NCBI RefSeq assembly: GCF_018350175.1 | Contig: NC_058378.1 | Location: 60,698,001-60,762,000 of the forward strand | Direction: 5' to 3' | From: Felis catus | Lineage: Eukaryota | DNA: 64,000 bases | Part shown: in pieces, positions 11,390 through 24,730 of the stretch | Layout of the letters: every line of letters starts with the position of its first letter | How positions within the stretch are numbered: position 1 is the stretch's first letter | Program-made: the position numbers and the translations under genes | Notes under the pieces: model-generated | What the model was told of the DNA's origin: nothing | Databases searched by the model: none | What the model saw: only the letters and a program-made list of their open reading frames with translations

Positions 11390-12345
11390 TCTAATCTACA
11401 GTCCTTATTCAAATCTTGCAACTTGTCCCAATCACCTCCTTCATAATGACTTTCATTCTGTTCCAGGATCCAAAACAGGATCATGCCCTGAATTTAGTTT
11501 TCATGTCTCTTAGTCTCCTTTGACCTGAAACAGCTTCTTAGCCTTCCTTTGTCTTTTATGACATGGACATTTTTGAACAATAAAGGTCACTGTGGCTATC
11601 TGTTTACATTTATCTGATGTTTCCTCATGATTATGCATTACTGCTGAATTGATGTTGTGTTTTCTCAGTTCAATATACCAGAAAGCACATGATGTCTTTG
11701 TTAAAGAAACAATTTTCAAGACACTCATTAAAGATGGTGAGAATGACTTTATTCAAGAGGGACCACTTGGGCAGTGGGCTTAAAGTGTTATCCTCGTTTT
11801 CCCTACGATTCTACTAAGTTACTACTTTTTTCTTTGTAATTAATAAATATCTCATTGGAACATACCTCTAAACTATATAACAGCCTGTTTCTCCTCAAAC
11901 TTTTGCCCAATAATTTTAGTATCTATGAGTGATTCTCACCGGAATCAATTACTGATTGGGCTGATTTCCCAAGCTCATTGTTCCTCCTGCTGTGAGCAAG
12001 CTTTCCTTTCACATTGGTTTATTTAGTTAATGTTAGTATGTACTTATAGATATTATTTTATTCAGTAGATAATAATCTGTTACTGTGATCGTTTCGATGT
12101 TTGCATTGTTCCTGATTTGGCCAGTGGAGGTCCCTTCAAGCTGGCTCCTTTGTTTGACATTTCTGAGGAGTCCTTTATTTTCTGGCACAAGTTGTTCCAG
12201 GCTCATCTTGTACCTTCCCTGCTACAGCCTTGGAAACAGCCATTTTCCCAACGTGCTTGGTTTCTTTCAGTGGAGAATGGAATTTAGAACCAAAGATCTG
12301 GGTGCTGGCTGTGCTTGTTGCCACCAGGGTGTCATTGCTCAATGA
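11390..12345 (-). mobile_element. Old L1M (L1MC/L1MD-like) 3' region fragment
   Basis: ttccaggatcc...atttagttttcatgtctcttagtctcct...gacatttttgaa resembles the L1MC 3'UTR consensus; boundaries approximate. Confidence 0.6.
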
Positions 12346-12850
12346 TTCAATTTCTAAGACTTTATATTCAACAATTTAATACTTGTATATGTGAACAAAG
12401 ATGTATATTCAAGGACATTCCTTTTCTCATCACCCTCACTGTTTCCAAATGAGACCAAGCCACCATCTGAATTTGCCTGGATGACTTTAAAAGCCTCCTA
12501 ACTTGTCCCCCTATTTACACAATGGCCCCTCTACAGTCTCTTTTCCACACAGCATCCAAAATAATTAAAAAAAAAAAAAAATCTGATCACATTCTCCTCT
12601 GCTTATAACCCTCCACCCCAAAGAATAAAGTCCAAAATTCTCAACACGGGATCTGGCTTCATCTCTAATCTCATTAATCATTATTTTCTTGCTCACTTAC
12701 AGGACAAGGACACTCCAGCCACAGGGTTGTGTATCTGCTTTTCTCCCCCAGGTGTTCAAATGGCTTGTAGAGGTCTTTATTAGGTCTCCACTTAAGAATC
12801 ACCTCTTCAGAGAAGCCTTCCCTCGCTATCCTATTGAAAACGGCACCCCA

Positions 12851-13246
12851 GGGTTGCCTGGGTGGCTCACTCAGTTAAGCATCTCTTTTACTTATGATTT
12901 TATTTATTTAACATTTGTTTATTTCCCAGAGACAGAGAGAGACAGAGCACAAGCAGGGGAGGGGCAGAGAGAGAGGGAGGCACAGAATCCGAAGCAGGCT
13001 CCAGGCTCTAAGCTGTCAGCGCACAGCCTGATGTGGGGCTCAAACCCACGAACCGTGAGATCATGACCTGAGCTGAAGTCAGACGCTTCACTGACTGAGC
13101 CACCCAGGCACCCCTAAGCATCTGACTCTTGATTTCAGGTCATGATCTCACAGTTTGTGAGGCTGAGCCCCACGTGGGGCTCTGAGCTGGGCACAGAGCC
13201 TGCTTGCGATTCTCTTTTTCAAAATAAACTTAAAAAAAAAAAAAAA
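12851..13246 (+). mobile_element. CAN-SINE interrupted by a second antisense SINE (12885-13114)
   Basis: Inner target-site duplication taagcatct at 12876-12884 and 13115-13123; outer imperfect TSD gaaaa(cg/ga)gcacccca. Confidence 0.9.
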
Positions 13247-13832
13247 GAAAAGAGCACCCCATCATTTATCACTATCTGATATTACATCATAGTTTCACCC
13301 ATTTGCTTGTTGTCAGTCTCTGTTTCTCTGTGTTACACTTCTAAAATAAGCTCCATGAGGGCAGGGACTTGTTTGCTTCTCTCCTGTAACCCCAGTGCCT
13401 GGAATGAGGCCTGGCATGCTATGGATTCTCAACTGCCTCCTGAGTGAATGAAGATAACATTCTTCATTCCCACTATATTCCCACAGATAACCCACTATAC
13501 TCTTTGCCTGGTTTCTCCCTCACCCTTCTCTTTGCATGGCTACCTTTTTCACATTCTTTAGATCTCAACTTAAATGTCACCTCCTCGGAGAAACCTTCCT
13601 TGATTATCTTATTCTAGGCTCCACTACTCTGCTCACATTTCCTATTTCAGCCCCTTATTCCTGCTGTAGTACTTATAACAACTTCCCTTCATCTATTTGC
13701 CTGTTATCCCATCCTCATTTCTCCCCCTAAAATGTAAGCTTCGTACAGGCAGAAACTGCCAGGGCTGTCTCATTCATCACTGTATCCCCAGGGTCTAGAA
13801 CAGTTAGTTCCTGGCAAATCATAAGCCCTCAA

Positions 13833-14023
13833 GTGGTGCCTGGGCGGCTCAGTCGGATAAGCTTCTGACTTTGGCTCAGGTCATGATCTCACAGTTCGTG
13901 AGTGCAGGCCTTACATCAGGCCCTGGGGCCTGCTTCAGATTCTGTGTCTCCCTCTCTCTCTGCCCCTCCCCTGCTCGCTCACTCTCTCTCTCTCTCTCTC
14001 TCTCAAAATAAATAAACTTAAAA
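13833..14023 (+). mobile_element. CAN-SINE
   Basis: tRNA-like head, (CT)n, AATAAA/A tail, imperfect TSD ataagc(c/a)ctcaa. Confidence 0.85.
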
Positions 14024-15503
14024 AAATAATAAGCACTCAAAACATTTGTTGGATGGACTTTTAACAGCTAAAACCTGGAAAGAATCCAAATGCTATGGAA
14101 TATTGGGTGGCTGTTAAAGAATGAGGTAGCTCCAGGTACACTACCATGGAATGATGTCCAAAATATACTTACTGTAAAATGTAACAGGTAAAATGGTGAA
14201 ATTCCTTTTATGCAATTAATATTATGTGCACAGAAAAAAAAATTGGAAAAATAATAGGTTGGAACCTACTTATCATTTGGGGTTGAGGATATAAAAAAGA
14301 CTTTTATCCTATTTGATATATTTCTATATAGCCAACTATTTTATTTTAAAAACAAACACTAACATTTGAGCACTTAATACATGCCAGACGCTGTGGTAAA
14401 CATTTTGTGCATTTCATGGCATCTTCTCAATAACCTCATGAGATAGAAGTCCCCATCATCCCCATTTGTGATGAGGAAATTGGTTCAGGGACATTAATCA
14501 ATTTGCCTAAGGCCACACAGCAGACTCATTACACTACACCACCTCCCTGTGTTTTTATAATTAAAAAAAAAAAAAAAAAAAAGGAAAGGAAAATAAGATG
14601 AAATTAGGGATGATCCTAATTTCATGATCCAGGCTTTACACAAAAGATGCTAAGCAAATTTGCCTCTGAGCTCCCTAGAAGCCAGGGCAAAGAGAAAAAT
14701 ATGACCAGTTATGAGATCCTTGGTGCTTCCAAGGTAAGAGTAAACCACTCATTAGGAGAAACACCCTTCCCAAGTAGTGAGGCTTGAGAGAACTTCTCCA
14801 TGAAGTTCACAAATATAGCAGTAATCAATCAAGTGGTGCACAGCTTCAATAACATACCTGTATACCCAGGCTAGCTGTTTCCATCCAACAAGTGGAAGTT
14901 CAGTAAAAGCAATTTAACGAGGAGCCAAATTTGTACAGCATGGGCATCAGATGTGGGGTCTGGCCAGACCCATAGTTCACATAGGATGTGTGGCCTACCC
15001 CTCCAGCAAACTTCTGGAATACTGCAAATTCAGCCTGTTAAAGACTGTTAGCAAGAATTAGGAGACGGAAAGTGACATTCATCTTAAATTTCAACCCTAG
15101 TGAGCTTTTCAGGTAGACTAGGTTGATATCATGCTTCTGCAGATGAAGAAACTGAGGCTCAGAAAGACTAGTTACATGACTAGAAAGTGTCAGTGGCAGC
15201 CCTAAATCTACATCCTAGGCATTCCTTCCTCAGCCGCGCCTACCACCCATGCTTCAAGAAAAGAGCTTATGCTCTCGCAATACCTCCGTGGGTGGCGGGC
15301 CACCTGGCTGGCTGCAGGGCCTAGGAGTGTGTCGTCCCTCACACGGGAGAAGAGCTGCTGAAGAAGGGAGGTAGGCCCGGCCCATGAGGAGGCACACGGG
15401 CTCTTCCAGAGGCAGGGAAGTAGGGTTCACATACACAAATAGGAACACCCGCACTCACCCCAAACAGAAAAGTGATCTCGCAGCATACACTTGACTTCAC
15501 TCA

Positions 15504-15509
15504 TTTATT
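15504..15509 (-). terminator. C10orf95: Likely polyadenylation signal of C10orf95
   Basis: AATAAA on - strand about 480 nt past the stop codon, followed by a GT-rich stretch. Confidence 0.55.
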
Positions 15510-15800
15510 TACTTTTCACTACAATCTGCGGATGGGTGGGCCCTCAGCTTGGGAAGGAACTTGGGCAGTTCTGGGAGCTTTGGTAGAGGGAGGAGAGGAA
15601 AAAGGGAAAGTGGGGGCTTGGTGCAGGGCAGGCTTCTAAGATGGGGAGGAGGGAGAGACGAAACAAAGGGTCCAGGCCCTTCTTCCACCCCAAACCCAGG
15701 CTTCCCAAGCCCAAGCAGAAGGGAAGAGAAACAAGAAGAGATGTCCTTGATAATCTTCTCGCCCTCCCCCCGCCATCCAGCAATAAAATGAGAGAAATCA

Positions 15801-16647
<847 letters not shown>

Positions 16648-17346
16648 GGTCTGAAGCTCAGGCAGCGGGCATTTATACTGGCTCCTGGTCCACACCTGCG
16701 GTGGGAAGTGTGCGTGGATACCCTTTGTTCTAGCTCCACCACCCGTCCCTGGGGCCTGTTAACCCAGGGCTCTAGTTCACAGCAGGAGCCCGTGCACCGC
16801 GCATCATGGCTTGGGGGAACTCTTCCTAAGGCGTTCAGCTTCCATCTCACCTGTTGTCCCAGGGCTGGGCCTGAACCCTAGGCACCCAGTAGGCAGTAAG
16901 GACCCAAGGCCTTTTCAAACCTTCAGCCGCGAAGTGTTCTTCCAGGTGGTTTCCCACTCAACTTGTCTCCTTCAGCCCGGGGGGAGCTGGTCCCCAGCAT
17001 TTGGGGAACGAGAGAGGTCCAGAGCAGGCGCCTCTCCATGCCCTGCCTCAGCCACACCTTCTGGTTTCCAGGCAAAGGGAAACACATTTTGTTGGCCAAA
17101 AGCCAGCCAGCCAGCCTGTGCCTACACTGGGTGAGCCTGCTGTTCATACTGGCCTGTCCTAGAGGCCTGTGCTTAGGGATGCCCTCACCACTACATCCCC
17201 GAGGATATCTTGCAATCATTTTAGCCCTCTGTTCCCCACATCCCGTCCTCCCAGCTCCTCTAAATGGGTTGAGTTATCCTAACTTGAGTGAAGTTCGTAC
17301 ATCAGGCACTGAATCAAGTTGATTATGAGCATCTATAAGATTACAT

Positions 17347-17560
17347 GGGGCGCCTGGGTGGCGCAGTCGGTTAAGCGTCCGACTTCAGCCAGGTCACGAT
17401 CTCGCGGTCCGTGAGTTCGAGCCCCGCGTCGGGCTCTGGGCTGATGGCTCGGAGCCTGGAGCCTGTTTCCGATTCTGTGTCTCCCTCTCTCTCTGACCCT
17501 CCCCCGTTCATGCTCTGTCTCTCTCTGTCCCAAAAATAAATAAACGTTGAAAAAAAAAAA
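17347..17560 (+). mobile_element. Young felid SINE (SINEC_Fc), full length
   Basis: GGGGCGCCTGGGTGGCGCAGTCGGTTAAGCGTCCGACTTCAGCCAGG..., CpGs intact, perfect TSD aagattacat at 17337-17346 and 17561-17570. Confidence 0.95.
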
Positions 17561-17849
17561 AAGATTACATCAACCCTAGGAAGGAGGTACTAATATTTTC
17601 CCCATTTAAATAGGAAGCTGCTTGCCTCGGATTTGGGACACAGGAAACATATTCTATGACTAGGAAACACTCCCAGTGATGTAGGTTTATTGGGGTTAAA
17701 TATATTGCCCAAACTCACACAACTAGTTATGGTAAGGGCAAAATTCAACCCCATGTCTGTCTCAAGACGTAGCTTTATTGCTAATCCATGCTGGGGCTTC
17801 TTTCACACTATCTCATAATCCTCACCTCTAGAATGTTGCATAAGAATTA

Positions 17850-18042
17850 TTTAATTTTTTAAGTTTATTTATTTTGAGGTGGGGAGGGGCAGCGAGAGGG
17901 GGAGAGAATCCCAACCAGGCTCTGTGCTGTCAGCACAGAGTCCGACGACGCAGGGCTCAATCTCATCAGCTAGACCATGAGTGAGACCTGAGCTGATACC
18001 AAGAGTCAGACCCTTAACTGACTGAACAACCCACGCGCCCCC
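17850..18042 (-). mobile_element. Older CAN-SINE followed by a C22 tract
   Basis: TTTA tail and SINE body; poly-C at 18044-18065. Confidence 0.8.
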
Positions 18043-18744
18043 TCCCCCCCCCCCCCCCCCCCCCCGCCAAGAACTAATTCTTAATAGCCATGTGAAGAAC
18101 ATGGTGATGCCATTTTCATTTAATAGATAAGGAACTAGAGGCTCAGAGAAGGTGAGAACCTTTCCAAGGTTCACACCATCTAAATAGAGTGGGATTTGAA
18201 CCCAGTCCAACTAAGACCAAAGCCCAGAAGCTGCTTGGGTGAAACCAGACTGTTTCATCCAGGCAGCGTGAAACCCTGTCTAAGCTCCAGGCTCCTCTGG
18301 CTGCAAGCCACAGCCCTCCACCTCTCTCTTCTCCAGTGAGGTGGGTGGTAGTTGCTGGATGGTTAAAAACTGATACCCTCTCCCAGATGGTGGGCTGTGA
18401 GGCCATCATACTTTCCTTCTTCCTCTTCTGTTGACTCAAGCAGCATCAGCAGTAACCCCTACAGGTTCTCCTCTAAGTTCTCAGCATCCCTCAAAGACCA
18501 GCTGCCCTCTGGGAAATTCTACACTCACCTTGGTGATGTCACACTTTTATATTCCTGAGCGAGCTGCTTTCTCAAGTCTTAACTTGGGCCATTGGCCTAG
18601 TGAGGACAGCTATTGGGACCGGGCTGGACTATCTACCTAACACTCCCTACCCTAGAGCTCCAAGAAGGGAGCCTTACCTTCCGTGCACTCTAAGAACTGG
18701 TCTCAGAACACAGAGGCCTTTGCTGGGAGAGGCCTCCCACCGCT

Positions 18745-19435
18745 GTGCCCACAGCCTAATCCCTGCAAACCTGTGACTATGTTATGTTGCATGGCAAGGG
18801 GGAATTACGGTTGCAGACGGTATTAATGTTAATTAGCTGTCCTGAAAATGAGATTATCCTGGATTATCCAGGTGGATCTAATATAATCACAGGGGTCCTT
18901 AAATGTGGAAGAGGGAGGCAGAAGAGTCAGAGTGACGAGGGTGAACCAGCTGTTGCTAGCTTTGAAGATGGAAGAGGGTCGTGAGCTTTTGNNNNNNNNN
19001 NNNNNNNNNNNNNNNNNNNNNNNNNNNNNNNNNNNNNNNNNNNNNNNNNNNNNNNNNNNNNNNNNNNNNNNNNNNNNNNNNNNNNNNNNNNNNNNNNNNN
19101 NNNNNNNNNNNNNNNNNNNNNNNNNNNNNNNNNNNNNNTTGGGACAGAGAGAGACAGAGCATGAACGGGGGAGGGGCAGAGAGAGAGGGAGACACAGAAT
19201 CGGAAACAGGCTCCAGGCTCCGAGCCATCAGCCCAGAGCCTGACGCGGGGCTCGAACTCACGGACCACCGCGAGATCGTGACCTGGCTGAAGTCGGACGC
19301 TTAACCGACTGCGCCACCCAGGCGCCCCAATGAGGCAGACTTCTAACCTCCAGAACTGTAAGATAACAAATTTGTATTGTTTTAAACCACTAAGTTTTTA
19401 GTAATTTGTTACAGTGTCAATAGGAAATTAATATC
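18745..19435 (+). mobile_element. MLT1 (MLT1D-like) MaLR LTR, split by a gap and a young SINE
   Basis: gagattatcctggattatccaggtgg...ggaagagggaggcagaagag...tttgaagatgga; 3' end cctccagaactgtaagataa...taatttgttacag. Confidence 0.75.
19139..19328 (-). mobile_element. Young SINEC_Fc (tail in gap)
   Basis: Near-identical reverse complement of 17347-17560. Confidence 0.95.
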
Positions 19436-20167
19436 CCTCCCCATTCCTATTTACAGCTTTGCCCTCTCCAAATCTCAGTGCTTGAGGAATGTCCAACGCT
19501 ACCTATAGACTGACCACCTCACCCCAGCCTGGAGCTCACTGATGGGACCTATGGGACTAGCTCCTTTCTCCACCTGCTCCCACATGGGGATTTGGTCACA
19601 CCTGGGTGGGAAGTGGGGAAAGTGTGAGACCAAGCCCAAGTTGGAGTTTGGGAGGGTGAGAAGCCTGTGGTTTAACAATTCGTCCCTACACGCTTGCTGA
19701 AGACCTCTGCTGGTCTGGAGGTGGTTCAGGCAAAATGTGAAAAATAAGGACCAAACGGAGTTTCTCAACATTCATTCACCCCGACTCCAGTAACAGCTCC
19801 TAGGTTTTTGGGGTTCGGTGCCATAATCAACGCAGTAAAGTGGCTCTGGGGGGAGTTGGCTCTATTCTGTCCTTAAAGTTAGGGATGATTTATGGCAAGA
19901 TCAATTGCACCTGCCATCCCTCTGGCCCTAGGGATTGGTTTAGAGTAGCCAAGTGACTCAGTTTGGGTCAGTGGGAGCCAGGCCCAGGACTTTGTTGTCT
20001 TGGGGTGGAGGGAAGTGCTCTCTTTCCCCTGGATGGAAATCTGAAAGTATGCAGTCTGGGTGGAGAGGTAAAGGCTGAGCATGGCGCCACAGAAGTGGAA
20101 CCAAGGGACAGAGAAATTCAGTCCTGATGTCATCATTTGAACCCTGGACTTTAAAGTTACATGAACC

Positions 20168-20367
20168 GGGGCACCTGGGTGGCTCAGTTGGTTAAGCGTC
20201 CGACTTCAGCTCAGGTCATGATCTCACAGTTTGTGAGTTCGAGCCCCACGTCGAGCTCTGTGCTGACAGCTCAGAGCCTGGAGCCTGCTTCAGATTCTGT
20301 GTCTCCCTCTCTCTCTGCCCCTCCCTTGCTCACGCTCTGCCTCTGTCTCTCAATAATAAATAAACAT
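20168..20367 (+). mobile_element. CAN-SINE
   Basis: TSD aagttacatgaacc at 20154-20167 and 20609-20622. Confidence 0.9.
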
Positions 20368-20372
20368 TAAAA

Positions 20373-20587
20373 TTTTTTTTTTTCAACGTTTATTTATTTT
20401 TGGGACAGAGAGAGACAGAGCATGAACGGGGGAGGGGCAGAGAGAGAGGGAGACACAGAATCGGAAACAGGCTCCAGGCTCTGAGGCATCAGCCCAGAGC
20501 CTGACGCGGGGCTCGAACTCACGGACCGCGAGATCGTGACCTGGCTGAAGTCGGACGCTTAACCGACTGCGCCACCCAGGCGCCCCC
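20373..20587 (-). mobile_element. Young SINEC_Fc inserted antisense into the tail of the preceding SINE
   Basis: Near-identical to other young copies; taaaatttttttt repeated on both sides. Confidence 0.9.
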
Positions 20588-20634
20588 TAAAATTTTTTTT
20601 TTTAAATCAAGTTACATGAACCAATAAATTCTTT

Positions 20635-20960
20635 TTTTCCCATTTAGTTTTACTGAGATATAATTTACATACCCCACTGTATAGGTTTAAGGTGTACAGC
20701 ATAAAGGTTAAACTTATATATATTGTGAAATGGTTACCACATAAAGTTTAGTTAATATCCATCAATTTTATAGAGAAGAAAACATCTTTTTCCATGTGAT
20801 GAGAACTCTTAGGATCTACTCTCTTAACAATTTTCAAATATATACCATACAGCGTAACAGCAGTGTTCATTATAATCATGTTGTGCACTACATCCCTAGT
20901 ATTTAACTGGATTTTGTACCTTGGACTACCTTCATCCAATGCCTCCTCCTTATGCCCCCC
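20635..20960 (-). mobile_element. L1 3' end fragment (L1MA-like)
   Basis: tactgagatataatttacatac...tttaaggtgtacagc...gtgatgagaactcttaggatctactctcttaacaattttcaa. Confidence 0.7.
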
Positions 20961-23435
20961 CTCCCCAATAAATTCCTTTCTTGCTTAATCTGGTTTGAGT
21001 GGAGTCTTATTTTTTCTTTCCCCACATAGCCAGTTGTGTTTCCTTTATATAAATTTAATTACAGAAGACATAATGAAATAGGCTTTTATTTTTACTTACA
21101 AAGCACCGTCACCTGAGTCCTTAGAAAAGTAAAAGTTTGGGTTCTCACACTGTGGAGTGGAGGCTTCTGATGCTTGCATCAGCAATACACCCTGAGTGTT
21201 TTCCCCAGCATTTTATGAAAAATTTCAAAATACAGCGCCCTGAGAGGTTTTTGATCAGCGAACCGCATGCTCAGAGGCTGTCTTGTGGGCAAAGTAGAGG
21301 ATGGTTTGGTGAGAGAGGCTGGAAGCCAGTTGCGGAGGAGGTTCTCACACTAGCCCAGGAAAACTGACACCCAAAACAGGAGAACGGGTTGGAAAAGAGA
21401 GGGGAGGAGATTCACCTAGAGTTGATCCCATATAGTTGCCTGGGTGGAAAGGGTAGAATAGGGGTGGATGCACATGTTTTTGGCTTGGTTGTCTGGGAGA
21501 ATAATCAAGGCAAGCCAGGAGATAAAAACAAGAACAAAACAACAACCAAAAAAAAACCTAGTGGGTGATTGGAAGTTAAGGCAATGATGCCGTCAGGTGG
21601 TTCATTTGGGGAGCTGTCCTGTCCTGTCGGCAGTTTTGTATTCGGGCTGGAGATGGGAGGTGGGGTAGTCGTGGAGGGAAAAATAGTAGTTGAAGGACCA
21701 GAACAGCTGCTTCCTGGCCCACACCTCACTTTGTTGTCATGGCTGCCAATTTGTTGGGTTCCACTTTTGCTGCCTTTTGAAGGCAGCAATCTTGTTTTTG
21801 AAGTCCCTTTTACCCTGGCCTGGCAAGTCAGAGAGAATAAATGAAAAGAGTTTTGAAAATGGAAACTTGAGGATCTGCCCTCCACTTTTAGAAAGCCTCG
21901 GGGGGAAAAGTGACCCAGGGAAGGGGACTGAGGAAGAGAGATAGGGAGAGAACATGATGGACCGTAGATCAGAGAGGTCAGAAGCCAAGGGAGGACAGAA
22001 TTTCAAGGAGAGAGAGTGTTTATGTATCTATTTGTCCCACAATTCAAGGACTCTGATACGACTCAAGAATTCAGGGAGATGCTGTGACTCCCTAGTTGCA
22101 TCCCTATGTCACCTCCCAGTTAGCTCCGGTTGGCAACCAGGAAGGGAAATCAGAGATACTTACAAGACCCAGTCCCAGTGCTGACACAAGAGGGTAACTG
22201 GTTGCATCGTCTATAAAATCAGAGGGATGAGAAACCTCAGTGTAACTGTGGGACGTTAAGTGCAACATGAGGGCCAAAGATTTTCGTATTGGGTCACGTT
22301 AAGTTCTGGCCCCTTGGCGGCCCTTCTCGGTCCCCTGTTTCCCCACTGGACACCCAGGGAGGGCTAAGTGAAGAGTCAGGGTTGCTTTGCAACAAAGACA
22401 CATGCTGGTCTGAGATAGAAAAGGGAACTCCTTTCGTCAATTTATGGAGGCTCTAGTGTTCCAGACACCATGCTGAATGCTGCCTTGTATTCTCAGCCAG
22501 GAAAGCACAGATGGGGGTATGGGTTTGGGATGGGGGAATAATGGTCACCTTCCTTTTGCTCATGAGGGCTTGCTGGAACAGAATGGGTTCCAGAAATTGC
22601 TTGGAGAGATGATTTGTGTGGCTTAGGGAATAGATAGGAGGTTCGAAGGGGCAGGATTAGGGAGGAGGGAAATGAGAGATTGGTGAGAGGTGGATGCTGG
22701 GAGCAAAGTTCATGGGACCCCTGGGGCTCCACAGGAACTGGTTGGACAGATTCTAATCCCTGCACTCCAGGGATCTTTTGTTGGAGCATTTGCTGTGGTG
22801 GGCCCTTTGCCAGGTTGTCAGGCAGGAGGAATTGGACGATTTTCCTGCTGACAACCGTCAAGGCTGTTGACAAGCCAAAAGCCTGCAAAACACTAACACT
22901 CCCACTTCACATTTAATGCCTACAAAATCCCTATAAGGCATAAAACAGAGGCTCACAAAACGTGGGTCCCTTAACAAAGAAATGGAGCTAGGGGACTGAG
23001 CCCCAGGTCCCCCAGAAGCTAAAGGCCAGGCGCATTGCTCCATTGGAAAACAGTAGGTCTGAAGTGTGTGCTGTTTGATTGCCTGGAAACCTAATGAGGC
23101 TTATAGGTTTATTGGGAGAAGACATGAGACATCCTCACCAAACTGGACTGAGCAAAACAAAACTTGACTTTAGGGCCTGGGCAGTGGTAGGAAGACGAAA
23201 GACTCATGTTCTGAGAGTCAGGAGAACTGGGTTACAGTTGGTCTAGGCCTCTTGCTTGTATGAAAGTCATTGAATCTCTCTAAACCTATTTCCTCATCTG
23301 TCAAGTGGGGATATATCACCTATCTGCCAGGGATGTGAGGACTCAACAACATAATACATGTAGAGGGCTTAACACAGTACAGGGTACATAGTGAGAGCTC
23401 AGTACACCTTATATTTTATCATTACTATAAAAAAA

Positions 23436-23638
23436 ATTTTTTTTAAGTTTATTTATTTTGAGACCGAACGAGAGAAAGCACAAGTAGGGCAGGAACAGAG
23501 ACAGAGGGAGGGAGAGAGCATCTCAAGCAGGGTCCACGCCGTGGAGCGCAGAGCCTGTCCTGGGGCCACGAACAAGGAGACCATGACCTGAGCGGAAATC
23601 AAGAGTAGAACCCAACCAACTGAGCAACCCAGGCGCCC
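23436..23638 (-). mobile_element. CAN-SINE
   Basis: Poly-T/TTTA tail, AG tract, head ending caggcgccc. Confidence 0.8.
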
Positions 23639-24039
23639 TTATCATTACCATTTTTAATACGAAATAGTTGGGCTGTAAGGTTGCTCTCTCCGGGCCTGGC
23701 ATCTGTGGCCTGAGCCCCGGTGCCCATACATTAAGCTGGGACCGTCTACTCCTGAGGGGCTCACAATCCAGCGTCAGGAAGTCCCAGGTCGTGCCACTGC
23801 CATCTCTTCACCTGCCTAGCTGTGCATCTAGGCAGATCACAAGGCCTGTAGGAAGGTGCTGTGCTCTCCATTCTGTGAATTAATACTAAGGAAGGACGGG
23901 GGAGAGAAGGGGGAGCGCTCAGAAAAGCCTTATTGATTTGAACTGAAATTGGCTTTAAGCTTTCACAGAGTTGAAAGAGAAGGGGTGAAGCGTCAGGAAC
24001 CCAGGCCAACTGCTCTTCTGGCCAGCGTCCACGTTTTCT

Positions 24040-24330
24040 TTTCGGTCCCTAAGGGTAAGCGCCCGTGACAAATATGGCGGCGGCAGCCTCGGGCGCGGGC
24101 ACCTGCCGGGGCGCGGTCCCGGGAGCCGCACGGAGCCAATCGCCGGGCGGGGGCGGAGGGAGAGGCTGGGGAAGCCTCCGGCGGGGAATGCGCAGGCGCA
24201 CTGGCTCGCACCTGGCTCCAGGCAGCCGCAGGATTAGGCTTCGCCTGCCACGATTGCGGTGAGGGGCTCTCCCGTGGCCCGGGCGCGGGGGCAGGAGCGG
24301 GCCGGACTGGGGGCCGGTTACACACAAAGA
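24040..24330 (+). promoter_or_regulatory. MFSD13A: MFSD13A CpG-island promoter and non-coding exon 1 (donor after 24258)
   Basis: YY1 AATATGGCGGC 24071-24081, CCAAT, GC box, NRF1 TGCGCAGGCGCA 24189-24200, donor GCG|GTGAGG. Confidence 0.75.
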
Positions 24331-24574
24331 ACGGACCCGAGGGGGACAGGAATGCTCTCTGCTCTGGGAGTCCTGGGAGCTGTCTGCGGGGGGTCCCTGA
24401 AGTGATGAGGTTGTGGGATGGGAGAGCCCCCGGGTCAGGGTGGGAGAAGCTTGGGCTCAAGGGGTGAGGGTGGCATCTTTGCAGAAGGGCCCCCCGGGGC
24501 GGGGGGGAGCTGAGGTCGCGGGATGCATCAGGCTTGGGATCCATTTCATTAACATAATGGCCCTTAACCTTGCT

Positions 24575-24730
24575 TCCATAGTAGAACCACTTGGGGAGCT
24601 TTAAAAGAACACTGATGCTGGGCCCCATCCCTGGAAATTCCGATTAAATTGGTCAGGAGTGAGGCCTGGACCTCGAGATTAAGCAGCTCCTCAGGTGATT
24701 TTAATGTACAGACGGGCTGGAGAACCACAT
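24575..24730. mobile_element. MER5-type hAT DNA transposon remnant
   Basis: ggggagctttaaaa...gatgctgggccccatccc...ctcctcaggtgattttaatgtacag...gagaaccac. Confidence 0.65.

Noticed and set aside
16671-16677. TATAAAT on the - strand just upstream of the C10orf95 ATG
   Set aside because: It lies downstream of a good splice acceptor and would place the TSS almost on the ATG; more likely 5'UTR sequence.
17347-17430. tRNA-like A/B box sequences
   Set aside because: These are the tRNA-derived heads of CAN-SINEs, not tRNA genes.
17333-17533. Recurrent peptide MGQRETEHERGRGRERGRHRIG... in several ORFs (also 49370, 52276, 43905)
   Set aside because: Antisense translation of SINEC_Fc, not a gene family.
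23993-24628. 211-aa - strand ORF over the MFSD13A promoter
   Set aside because: Begins in a MER5 remnant, crosses a CpG island, has no recognisable domain.
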